This document shows, one piece after another, positions 25,841 through 38,544 of a stretch of 64,000 bases of DNA. The DNA is from Bigelowiella natans CCMP2755 (Eukaryota; Protista; Cercozoa), in contig ADNK01001927.1 in assembly GCA_000320545.1 (NCBI GenBank), positions 124,001-188,000 of the forward strand, written 5' to 3'. Within the stretch, counting starts at the first letter, position 1. Every line of letters begins with the position of its first letter. The position numbers and the translations under genes are program-made. The notes below the pieces were generated by a model. It worked only from the letters and a program-made list of their open reading frames with translations. It was not told the origin of the DNA and did not search any database.

Positions 25841-26800
25841 AACAATGAAACAATGATGAAAAACTGCACTTCCAAAGTGTTGCAAGACACTTGCAGCGTG
25901 CAAAGTGCAGTGCCTCGAACTGGTTTCAGTGAGGACTGTGACTAGCGAATCAACTAGCTGGTTTGCCAAAATGGCATGACTTGGTCATTGAGAAGCAATG
26001 ACATTGGCAGCAAAGTTCTGACGGCGCAAGACCTCCACTCTGAGCAAAAACTTCCTGAAGGCCATGTCCACATGACGATCCACGATTGGACCATCTGAGG
26101 GGGCCCCCAGCAGGATTTTGGTTTTGGAGGAGTCTGGAGCGTCAAAGAATGAAGAGTGGCGGGAAGAAGCTGAACCCAGAGCTGATCTCATGTGCGAAAG
26201 AAGCTTGCATCTCTCTGCATTCAAGTGAGTGCAATGATGGATGAGGTGGTTGACACTTTGAACAACTTCAGCATTGCAAAGAGGACACACCGAGAAAGAG
26301 GGGGGCAAGTTGCAAATTTCAGCCCTGTGCTCCTCAGTTTCGCAAGTCCCAGCGCGGAGCTGAAGTTTGAGCAACACACCTGAATTGTCATGCCAATCAT
26401 CAAGACAACACTCGAACAATCTGGAAGCTGGCCTTCCATGCTTCCAATGTGGCTCCTCGCCCAGGCTCTGGATCTGCAAATTGGGGCATCGGGTTTGACG
26501 AACGAGTGAAAGCTGCGACACAAGTTGCCATTGGTGGACAGATGAGCCCTGACTCTGCGATTGAGGTCAACATCAACCAGTTTTGGATGGGACTGGTCCA
26601 AGTTGACCAACAGGTCCAAGCCACAGGCAGATTGGTCACAGCCAGTGACACGGTGAAGAACAGACCTGACGTTGTGACCCCAACTTGAGCACAGAGCATC
26701 AGCCTGATCCAGGGACAGGAGCAGAAGATCCTTTGTCATGGATTCATCAGGTTGCTGACGCATCCTGCTTTTGGAGGTGCAGCCACAGTGTCCACGTCGG
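25840..26800 (-). mobile_element. 5'-truncated LINE remnant (ORF2 C-terminus with CCHC zinc knuckle and 3' tail), second family; A-to-G hypermutated
   Basis: LLKLQLRAGTCETEEHRAEICN...CPLCNAEVVQSVNHLIHHCTHLNAER is typical of a LINE ORF2 C-terminus; no Tyr in the 178-aa ORF. Confidence 0.8.
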
Positions 26801-27508
26801 CGCATTGTCCTTCTTTTCACGAAAAGACGCGTTTTATGTTGTCGTTTTCATTTTTCTCTCGATGACATGTGGCCACTCTTCAAAAAAAAACTCTTCTGGA
26901 ACGTCGGCGAGAAATCCAAATGGAGATCCGTCAGAGATCCGGAGATTGACATGCTAGTAGGTATTTTAAGGGGGGGAGACCCGAGATTTGATAAAGATCA
27001 AAATGTTACAGTTTTAAGAAGTGTTCAAAATTATGTCCCACTGATGAATACAAAAATGTGGGATGTAACGTTGTCGCAATCAATGATAACATCTAGTTTC
27101 TGTTCTATTTTTTATCACTAGAATTTGGATAATTCTTAGACACCGTTTTCGGTTGGAAACTGGAAGTGAACATTGGTGGCGTGGACGGTCCATGGTAGTC
27201 GCTGCTTCTCTGTGAAAATAATGTTACGTTGAAAAAAGGTTTTGCTTTCAACGCTCAAAAGATTACTTTTACATGAACTTCACAACATAGCTCCAGCTGG
27301 TTTATTTATGTCCATCGCACGTGCCAACTGGTATACAATTGAGAGAATTATCACCGTTAAGAAATTCGTATGCGTACAGGTTTCCCTTGATCTTCTCCGA
27401 TTCTAAACGCAAGGATTACTTTAACATCACGAGGGCGTAGGTAGAAGTTGGACAGCTTGGGTTAAGCCGACGCAGGGAGAAAGTACTTCGTACTACTACT
27501 TCGCCAAT

Positions 27509-28885
27509 ATGAGCCAAGTGAAAAAGAAAAATGTTGTAAACATGTCCCGGCTACATTTAGCAGCAGCCTCGGGCTCTATTACAGAGGTTTTGTGCTCCAC
27601 ACTAAAGATGTGTTTTGTTCCAGACAGTCATTATTTATAACACCACTTTCAGTTGGACGAGCTTATTTCAATGAAATACGATGTGAATGCTGTCTCCAAT
27701 GAGGTGAAAGCTCCTTGAAACTTGTGAAGCATTAGGACCAATTAAAGTTACCATTGATATACAGAGTTCAAATGGAAGACAAACACCGCTAATGCTTGCC
27801 GCCAGAAATGGTCATCTGGAGCCAGTAATTAAATTGCTAAAATCGGGTAAGTAAGTAGTATCTATCTGCGACCACACTTCTATTTCCTATTTCGCAAGAA
27901 CTAGTATTTGATTCATGCTGTATGTCTTATCGAAAAGGCGCCCACCTTGAGACTCAGGATTCGTACGGACAGACAGCCTTGCTGAGAGGTTTAAATATTT
28001 CAAAAGAAAGGATCAATAAATTAACTTCACGTTACGTTATTATAGGAATTCGCGGCAGGCAAATAGCCGTAATTAGGGTAATCCTTGAGCACAAAGCCAA
28101 TCCAGATCACCAGGTGTGTAATCAGTACAATACTGCTGGTGGTGGTGTAATCTATCTCCATTATCAAAACCATGTACCTAATGTTGTCTTCGACATCATC
28201 CTTGACGGTTAATATCAGGACCACTATGGAGTTACTGCGCTGCACATGGCTGTGGAAATGGACAGTGCAGAGATGGTAGTTGTAGTAATACTAAGTAGTA
28301 GTAGTAGCAGCAGCAGCAGCAGCAGCAGCTTTAGGAGGCATATACTTCTGATTCTACTTCTGGTTCTACTTCTCTCATCTTATGGCTGTACGACAACACA
28401 ATCTACTTTACAGGTATCTCTTCTTGTCGGCTTTGGGGCAAATGTGGAAAAAAAGAGTAATAATAAATGTCAATTTCCATTTATGACCCCATTCCGGCTC
28501 GCTTGCGCTCTCAACAGCTTGGAATCTGCTCAAGAGCTTCTCGACCTAAAGGTTTCATCCCAATAAACCTAAAAAAATCTGAATTATGCAACTCCACTAA
28601 ACTACCTCTCCTTCTTAGGCCGACGTAGATTCAAAGGACGCTCATGGCACGACTGCCCTCTTAGATGCCCTCTCCAGACAGAGAAACGTAATTAAAATCT
28701 TGCAGCATGATTTGGTTGGGATTGGTATCTTTAAGGAGTGAAACTGTCATTATTATTTTGCGGAAAGGCATTTAAAAAGAAGAGTTACACCGACAGTTAT
28801 TGGTTATATTTAGGATCTAATCTGTCTAATCCTCCGGCACAATCCAAATCTATATGCATCTTCACGACAGGTGATACTTAGCACA

Positions 28886-28927
<42 letters not shown>

Positions 28928-31900
28928 TATTTATGTACATATAATATTTACATAAGTTTTATCGGAATTCAATTTTGTTTTACTACTTTCGCTTTTCACT
29001 TAGACCGAGGGCGTGATGCCCTTATCCTACGCAGCGGGGAAACTTAAAACTCCGTTTCTAGTTCTCTTGGTAGAAGCCAAAGCTGGTATTACTTTGCGAA
29101 GTAACAACCCATTATCTTGTATCTAAATTAATGTATGTACAGATGTGAATAAGATTGATCTCGGAGGAAAGACTGCACTGCACTTTGCGGCTCGTACGAA
29201 TAACGTTGCTGCCATTGAGTATTTGTTGAGAGTTGGCGCTGATTATACTCTGCGAGATAAAACAAATCGAGACCCTGCAACTTATGGGGCGCAATACGGT
29301 TCAAAGGGAGCGGTGAAGATTCTGGAAGCTGCGTGGATGAATTCTGGTGGATCGCCGCGTACTGCAGACCCCCTCTCCCTGGTCAAACAGAAGTACATTT
29401 TGAGTAAGAAACTAGGAGAAGGCGCCTTCGGAAAAGTTTTGGCCGTGACGCATAAAAAGAGTGGAAACGAATATGCATGCAAATTCATAAAGCGCAAGAA
29501 GCTTTCCGAGAGTGCAGAGGCCTATCTTGATAGTGAGATACAGATCATGTTTGAAGTACCACATCCCGGAATATGCCGCTTGTACGAGGTTATAAAGACA
29601 AAGCAGGCAGTTTGTTTGATCATGGAGGTTCTTAAGGGTGGAGACGTGCTGAAACGTATCGTAGAGAAGGACATACTAGACGAAAAAGAAGCTGCGAAGA
29701 TCGTACGGTCGGTTGCAAGTACTTTGGGATTCTTGCACGGGCTAGGTATCATACACAGAGATCTGAAACCAGACAACCTCATGTACCGCTCCACTGATCC
29801 TGGTTCTGAAGTGGTTATTGTTGATTTCGGAGTAGCTAAACATCTAGAAGAAAAACAGAAATTCGCACAGTCTGCTTGCGGAACCCCTCTATATCTAGCA
29901 CCTGAGGTAATCGTAGGACCACAATACACAAACATGTGCGACATGTGGTCTCTTGGCGTTATCCTGTACGTAATGCTGTGCGGACGACCACCTTTCTATG
30001 CGAAGGATAGATCACAGCTGTTCCGAAAAATAAAGGAAGGCAACTTTGCATTCCCAGAGAAATACTGGCGCAATGTGTCTCAGGGTGCGAAGGACTTGAT
30101 AGGAAAACTACTAGTGGTGGAACCAACAAAAAGGGCGACTCCTAAGCAGGTTGCTGCAGATCCATGGATCCGCAAATATGCCGTGTTGAATATCGAAGAA
30201 AAGGACGATAAGTCGTCTGATCAGGAAAAGAAGAAACAAGAGCTCATGGCGGAAGGTTTCGCGTCTCTCTCCCGAACAGTAAAGTTCCTTGTAGCCGTGA
30301 AGAGGCTATATCACCGTTTTGACCTTGGAAGTATCGACGGGGCATCTTTACGACTATTGGGAGCGTACAGGCAGGGGATGTTTAAGAACAACCGCAGCAG
30401 CAAAAATAACAGTATCTCTGCCGCCTCCTGTTGGAGTCTTATGTCGCGACGAGTGACTGATTTCTCTTCTATGAGTCTCCAACCCCTTATGGCTGTAAAA
30501 GTGAAGAACTTCGAGGGGGATTTTGTAATTGAACGGAAATACAAGGGAGATTTGCCTGGAATGAAAGACCATTGGTGGGTTAGCGGCAGTGAGGGCCAAA
30601 TGCATGTTGTATCTCCTGCTCATATAACGCCAATTAGTAGCAGTGGAAAAGCACTCCCGACTCCGAGCCGCCGCTACTCCTTTCACAAGAACAATAACAA
30701 TAAGCATGGTGGTGATGATGATGATGATGGCCACAACCTATCCCGTCCTGCTGACGACAGCGGAAGCAGCAGCAGCATTACTAAAGCTGTTGCAATGAAT
30801 ATAAGCCTGGAGCATAACATGAGACTCGTTGGACCCTCGAAGTATCAGGGTAAATATGCGTCGTGGGCTATGAGAGGCTCAAAGGACGATTTGATGGAGT
30901 TGATGTGCCGAAAGGACAGGTTCACTCTTATGTTTTGGGATCACATGCGCTTGTTTATCAAAAAGTTTGCAGGGGAACAAAAGGAAGAGCACGAAATGGT
31001 TTCTGAGGCAAAGAGAATTCAATTGATGTTCTTAAAAACAAAATCAACTCTTAAGCTCTCACTTCCGAAAGAAACAATTCGCAAGCTAGATCAATCTATC
31101 ACTGCCAATAAAGTTAACGCTCACATATTTGACAAAGCGGCGCATATGTGCCAAGCTTTCATCCAAAAGAATCTCTGGGTAGAAATAAAGACCCTTGTCT
31201 CTGAATTTAAGAAAATCCTTAAAAATGCTCGATCGGAGCAACACCACAGCCTTAGGAAGCGTCTTTCGCTAGTCTTTCCTAAACGACTACTGGACCTTAT
31301 GGGCTGCAAAGTTACCAACGTGCCGGAAGGGAATTCACTCGATGGACAAATAATATCGAGCACTATTCAGATTGCCTCCTTGCAGAATGGCGAAGAGCAG
31401 GACAACGACCTTAAGGTCAAGTTGCACAAGATATTGAGCTCTGAACGATATGTAGAACTTAACGCATTGGCCAAGGTTGTGGGAGAAGATTCAGATTTAC
31501 TTGTACCTGGTAGGAGGCTTTACTATGCCGCCATTGTGAAGAAGAAGTCACGAATGGTATTCTCCAGCTCAAGCGAGAGGAAGCTAGTGCTGTGTAACGA
31601 TATAATAGCATGGCTGACGCCCAAACTGAAGCTGAAAACTTTCTTGCCTCTCTCTGAACTTGAATGTCTTGAATTCAAAGGTGAATCTCGATTCGCGATA
31701 AACCATAGCAAGAAGACTTACGAGTTCTACTGTAATAATGACATCGAAGCCAAACAATGGGTTCAGATAATTAACCGTACAAAGCAAGAATGGAAGCAAT
31801 TGGGCCAGAATCGTAGGAAAACTACCCAGCCACAAAGCGAAGGTGTTCTGAGCGACATACGACATAAGCGGGAACAGGCATTTTCTAGAATGAAGAAGCA

Positions 31901-32756
31901 AGCACTCAGAGACCTTATCAAACGCATGAAGAAGCCTGTGGAAGTCAAAAGCAGATCGAAAGGATTTCAAACACACGCAAACTCATTCGTTGGGGAGGAC
32001 TTTGTAAAATGGATTGTGAAAGAAAAGCTGGTTCCAACCCCTCAGGAAGCAGTAAGGATAGGAAACGAATTGGTAGTAAGCGGTTACATTGAGCACGTGT
32101 CAGGAGATCATGGCTTCCGAAACAATAATATTCTTTATAAGATAAACGAGAAACTGGTGAAAGTTGGCGATAAGGGTGCGGCAGTAGTACGCACACTTGG
32201 CAATAACAATAGCTACTCAGCGTCACGAAGTATGTCTACAAAGCAAGGAGGAGGAGGAGGCGCACACCGGATAACATGGCTTGAGTGCCAAGCTAAGATA
32301 GTATGGAAAGTGGAGGGAAGAACACGTATACCCCATGCTGTTCTGTGTCTATGGAACGAAGATGCACCAGGAAATGACGACAACATAACCTTGGCAGAAG
32401 CACGTGCTGTGGCAGATTCAAAGGATCCTCTCAAGCTTAGAGTCATTCCCGGTGGAGTCAATGTTAGTGAAGATGAGAGCTACTATGAAGAGTACCAGAT
32501 CAAGTTTGAAAGTAAAGAAATTTGTGATAAGTGGCTGTGTATATTGAATGATCTCCAATTGGACCATGAGAAACAAGAACGGACAATACGAAGAATAATC
32601 GATCGTGCGGAAAATGTTGTACTCAACCTCGAAACTATCCAGATCTCTAAAGAAGAGACAGCAAGAGGAGGGGGAGGAGGAGTAGTAGTTAATGGTGGTG
32701 CGGAGGCAAAGCGGGTAATAAAAACGAAGAAGACATGTGGGCATCATTCAGTTTGA
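27509..32756 (+). CDS. Ankyrin-repeat CaMK-group Ser/Thr kinase with RGS-like, PH and DEP domains
   Basis: About 10 short exons encode ankyrin repeats (SRLHLAAASG, QTPLMLAARNGH, QTALLR, VTALHMAV, TTALLDA, KTALHFAA). The 3.6-kb final exon has GEGAFG/ACK/HRDLKPDN/DFG/CGTPLYLAPE, RGS-like EAKRIQLMFLKTKSTLKLSLPKETIRKL...IFDKA, PH (RKLVLCND...YEFYCNNDIEAKQWVQII) and DEP (NSFVGEDFVKWIV...EAVRIGNELVVSGYIEHV). Confidence 0.9.
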
Positions 32757-33559
32757 AATCAACACCTTATGATGATGCAGTCATGTTTACACACATCCAC
32801 CCTATTAAGTATCATCATCATCATCATTGTTATCACATCTTCATATCTCCAACTTTGGTTGATTTATTTGTAAAGCAGATATCTAACGGTGATGGTGGGG
32901 AGGGTACATACTGGATAACCGCTGGGGGAGACGTAAAGAAGCTGTTTGTTGAGGTACTGCCAACTATGATTATTATGATGATAAGAAATTCAGATCTTGT
33001 GCATCTTATGGCTTTCATTGCTATGCCTTCCCATGCTGAGAAGCATAGCTTACAATACACATTTTTTCTCATCAACTCACCCGCGACAACTTTTTTCAAT
33101 TTTAGAAAATATTTCAATAAAATTATTTAGAAATTGCAAAAAGCTGATCAAAAAATTTTTGGGTAACTTATGACTTTTTGCTGCAGCCCTTTTTACAAGC
33201 TGATGACTTTCCACATCCTTCAAAATCACGTGCAGAGTTGGAAGAAGTTATTCTACAGGTGTGAGTTCAATCATTAATTAATGAAATTTATTTCCTTCGT
33301 CTTTTGCAGACATAATGGATGAATTCTGTTGTACGTAGAGTTTAAATGCTTACTTCACCGAACTCGTGGAAGAAGTTTCGACGGACTCAATATCAGCATT
33401 GTGGAAGGTGGTGTCAAATCATGGCCATGAGTGCATGCTTTGTATACACCTACTTTTGCATTTATTTGTTTCCCTATATCATTAGCTTTTAACGACGAAC
33501 ACAAGATTCAAAATCTCCTGATGAGGACGACATAAAGATCCATAGAAGTTCTGATCGAA

Positions 33560-34400
33560 AGTGACAGCTGTGCAATGTATGACAGGTTTTAAAAAAATGC
33601 TACACCCATTTCCATGCGCGCTAGAATGTTTTTCATTTCATGGTCTCATCATTCGGCCACGTATTGCCCGTCACCAATGCGCACATGCGACGCCTGTGAT
33701 CATTAGCCGCCACAAGGTGCATCGTATCATTTCACGTGTTTTGGGGCTGGGGCATGCTAGCATGGGAGGTGAAAATGTGATGGTTCAATCCATCCTGGCT
33801 AGCTGGGCGATTGCGCTCTCTAGCTCTAGCTCAAAAATGCAATTGAATGTGACATGTGTGTGATGCCACCAATGCAATGCTGTGTTGCAAACAAGTTGCG
33901 CAGTTAGCTGTTGCACCAGCATGCCAGCCCATGACAAAGCTAGAAAGCCGCAACGCACAGCCGCATGCTTCTCAACACATGCAAGCAAGTTTGATCTGCT
34001 GCGCTCAAGTGGCATGCAGTCAGCACAATGAACAATGGACATGGCAATGGCATGCACACACACGTGCACATGTGTGCATGTGCATCGCACATGTGATGTC
34101 ACGTGTCCATGATGAGCAGACACAGCAACACCATGTGGACACATGTGTCCCTGTGCGTGTAGCCGTCTACGACATGTGCACATCGCACACTTCACATGTA
34201 CCCATAGCTACACATGTGCCAAATGATGGCGCTCACATGTGCATGCATGCATCCAGGCACATGTCTAGATGTGTAGTGGCTTGTTTGGTGCATGTGTGGA
34301 TGTGAACAGAGCATGTGTGCTTTTTAGGTACATGTGGTGTGCATGGGTACATGTGTTCCTTACGCGTACACGTACATGGACATATGTGTCCCTATGATAC
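33560..34400. other. TpA-depleted hypermutated island with converted (TA)n-like tracts
   Basis: No TpA in 33943-34159; five CTAG survivors in 33757-33943; dense catg/tgca/caca/tgtg. Confidence 0.75.
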
Positions 34401-34599
34401 GATGTAGCACAACTAGAAAGCAACAATTACGTTCCGTCGTTTGAAAGTGTATACGATAGTTATAAAAGTGAAGCAAATCATTTTCAATTATCCTGAGTGC
34501 ACTGCAATAGCTACCGTGGTTTTTAAATGAACAGGACTTATTAACACATTGGATTTGAGGAGGCCCATCATCATGGAACAGCAGCCAAGGTTCCGAGAG

Positions 34600-35659
34600 C
34601 TACTCCCATTCCTCTTCCTCGTCGCCGTCTGAAATTGCATCTGATGTCTCTTGACATACCAAGATTGATTTCCTCAATATCGCTAATTGATCTTGTATTT
34701 GTCCAGTTTTATCCTCTTCCTTTTTTCTTTCCATATCCGAATCTCCAGCTTTTTCAACTTCATGCTAAGAGATGAACGTTCATATTATTGATTCGATTCC
34801 ACTTTGATTCATCCTACGTTGATTATAATCTCTGCACCCCCATCCTTACATCATTGGGGACTCTCCTCAATAGTATGGACAGCAAATCATCACACGCTCT
34901 AAGCTTCACCACATAACCTTTATCATATTATGTTTTTTTGTTTTCCGGCTAACCTCATGTCGATGTGTATTGGAATCTTCAGCTTCGCACTCAAGATTCG
35001 TAGTATGTTCTCCGCGTCCACAAAGAGGACATTCCATTAGATATTCCTATGAGACAACCTTGGTTTCAATAAGCTAAGTATACACCGATATTACTATTTA
35101 TGCGTACTTGCGTCTTGCCGTCGGCCTCGAAGCTGTAAAAGTGCTCACATATTTCGTGACCACATGTCGAGCATACGTGCTTATAAGTAATAGTCTCGGT
35201 GTAAAGATCATCCTCGTCCTCATCCTCAACATATTTTCTGAAGATATGCGTACATTGGAAGACATAACGTACTGCTTATTTGCTGTAATGTACCTTTCAA
35301 CAACTTTTAATAGAGTTTTTTTCTTGCATTTTGCACAGGCTTTGAAGTTTAAAACGTATGTACCAGTTTCCTAGAAACCCAATTTAATTGTGATGTATTC
35401 GAGTAGTCAATTGTGATATCATCTTCAGAGTAATTTAATGGAGTAGCATACAAGACAGACACTTCCTCGTTCGGGGCGAAATTCATTGAGGCAATCCTTG
35501 CACATTCGTGATTATGCTTCGCTGTCTTATTAGCTCTACTAGTTGGATGTATTTTCATGTCGCACATGTAAAATGGAGGACGTTTCTCAACCAGATATTG
35601 TCTCTTGGAGATTTCCTGGAGTTTGTCGTTTTGGACGGAACAGTAGACGTTACCTCCAT
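34600..35659 (-). CDS. Small multi-exon hypothetical protein, head-to-head with CCDC40
   Basis: Exons EYLMECPLCGRGEHTTNLECEAEDS (about 34954-35047) and HEVEKAGDSDMERKK...SDGDEEEEWE* (34600-34764) have GT-AG ends. The start is tentative. Confidence 0.45.
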
Positions 35660-35794
35660 CAACCCCTTGGCCTGAGCTTCACCACCCTCTCTTCCCCTTG
35701 CGCACAGAGTTGTGGCAACGTTGTCCGTTAATCGTGGCAAAAAAAGGAAAAGAATTGAGTTCTACCAAATCTCGCCCTGAGGAAACTATTAGAA

Positions 35795-38481
35795 ATGGAC
35801 GTTCAACCAGAGGAGGGAGGCGTATCTGCCCCAAGAGGTGCATATCGAGCCCATTATTCATAATGTGCAAATTAATATGGTGGCTTTGTGTCGAAGTGTA
35901 GCTGACTTATGATTTAGCTTATCTGAATTTAGATAACATATCTTTTGTCACAATATTCATCCCAGCAGCCGAGGATGGAATGGAAATTCCTATTCAGCAT
36001 CATGACGAAGAAGACATTGATGAGGTGAAGTGCAGTACTACAACCTAAATCACTTACGCATGATGATGAAGAACACTCCACCCAAATTGATTCAATTGCA
36101 TTTTAAATAAGGATGAGGACGAAGATGACGAAGTGGACCCAAACCATCAGTTGTTGGATAGAGTGCAAAGGGCATTGTATGAGCAGCTCAGCAAGAGAAA
36201 GGAAGCTCTCGAGATTAAGATAAGAGACAGGAAAGAAGCAGTCTCGAGGATAGTAAAGCAAAGAGAGCAAACTGGTGAGATGGAAATTACTGAATTAGTT
36301 AGCATCTTGACAGAAGAACATCCGATCATAAAATAAACTTAATACTACTTCCTATTACTCGATATCTACTAGGTGTGGAACTTTATGGCTTCCAACAACA
36401 ACTTGCAAAATTGCAGCAGGATTTGGAGTCAAAGCATGATTTTATGGCTCAAAACCGTGAGACTAGGAAGGTGGCTGAGAAGCGTGTTAAATATCTCGAG
36501 ACAGTCGTGGAAGGTATTTACTACTTACGATTATTCAGCTTGATGTCCTCCTCCGTTTATTCTTTTCATCCAGATACTTAAATTGACGTTTTATTCCGTT
36601 TACGGTGAACTATGAATATAATAGATGTTACACGCAAAAAAGACTTAATGGAGAACAAAAGGCTTGATGAACAAAAAAAGCTTGATGAGATTAGAATCAC
36701 AGTGAAACAGATCGAAGAGCACAACAATCAACTTAAAGGAGAAATCAAGGTAGTATTTCCTCCTAGTGTCTTTTTGATCTTATAATAACAAATATGGTAC
36801 ATTATAGGTTACTCGTCGAGCAGCTATTGGGACCGAGGTAGGAATGAAAGAAGCGGAGAAGGAAAAAAGAGAACAAGATATACTAATTGATGAGCTCAAC
36901 GAGAAAATAAAGTCAATTGCAGAAGAAATGAGACTGTATGTAGCCCAGATTGCTAGCCAGCAAAAACAGACGGAATTAGCAAAGACAACACTTGCTGAGG
37001 CAGAGAAAGAGATTAAGGATATCAATATTCAAAAGAGGGAGTATATACAACGGTGGAAAACATCACTCACCGGGATGAAGCGCAGAGATGAAAGCTTGCA
37101 GATAACGCAAGCAGCTCTTCAAAAATTGCAAGAGCAAAGAAGAGGTGTTGAGGTTGAGATTATTGGTCTCAAAAAGAATATATCGGAAGAACAAGAAAAG
37201 AACGAAAGGCTAACAGGTAGTAGTTCAGTTGAAATGAAGGAGATAAACCGAAGTAGTGAGTGCCTCTTAAGTAATAATAGTAGCTTCCATTTTCACGAAT
37301 ATATTGCACATGCAATTTTAGTGTCTCCATATACAAAATTAGTGAAGAACTAAATCTAAATTATTCCTTAGCTATCCAAACAAAGCTTGAGACAGAACTC
37401 AAGTTTCTTGAGTCTCAAAATGAGAATGTCGTTGAAGATATAAAAGTGAGTAACAGCCAGCATTTGGCAGAAAAATCATCCTAAACTCTTATGCATAACG
37501 AGTGCAAATCCTGGTGTTGATAAAGAGTATTGTTGTTTTTCCTTCCTCTTTCCTCCTTCCTTCCTCCCATAATTTCACCAATCAAGGTGAAGCAAGATTC
37601 GTTCGAAAAAGTTCAGATCTCCCTTAATGCTTCTGAAGATCATCTCAAGAAGGAGAAGTTGCTCGCAAAGCGTGGAGAAGATGCTTGCAAGCAAATTCAT
37701 AAACAAATCGAGAAATTGGTCAGTTTTGTAATGACTTTTATCTTTTCACATCTTACTTGTTAGCAGAAGAAAAAAATCAAGGATCAATCAATAGATTGGC
37801 GTTATGGAATGTCGTTGTCATCAATCCCATCTTATGTGTGGCATACTACTAATCAGGCGCAAAAAAGGCAACAACTTGAAAACAAAATTGAACTAGAGCT
37901 CAAGGGAGAGATTGACACACTGAAGAGAGGTCAGAAGCACTGTCTTGGGAAAAATAGTCAATAACTCAGAACAGCCTATTGACCATCAAATTATATTCTC
38001 ACACACTAATCATTTCATCACCTTGAGATACAAGCAAACCATGTTTATCTATGATGAAGTGAAACACACACACACACACATATGAAATAATGACAATATA
38101 TGCTGTGACATCTATCATAACTAGGGAAATGCTTAATATTATTGACGGTAGAAGTGATAATAGATCCCCCTTCGTTTGCCACTTAGTCTCTATATATTTC
38201 ACGCGTGATGCGATTTTATAATTATTACTGCAGGCAAGAAAGGCGTTGCAAAGGGTGTAATTAAGCTGCGAGCAGATATCCAAAAGAAGGATTTAGAGAT
38301 CGCAGATACCCGCAACGAACTTGCTCGTGTGCGGGTTGACATTCTGAACACCACAGCATTCCATAAGCAGCTCGAATCAACGCTCAAGGAATATGAAGCT
38401 GAATTAGCGGTGTGTACTTCTTCTTCTTACAATATATCCTTACGTCCTTCCTTCTTGTATGAAGATAATTTAAATAATATT

Positions 38482-38544
<63 letters not shown>

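Noticed and set aside
25985-26800. ADAR hyper-editing of retroelement RNA before integration
   Set aside because: Changes occur on both strands of one element and extend into flanks and non-retro repeats, and TAG (the context ADAR favours) is the context that survives.
24790-27121. Overlapping Cys/His-rich ORFs in the islands as real genes
   Set aside because: They are explained by loss of TAA/TAG stops. Only the LINE-derived frames show protein motifs.
33170-33562. Possible tiny plus-strand spliced gene after the kinase
   Set aside because: Some GT/AG-bounded segments look exon-like, but I could not build a consistent reading frame.
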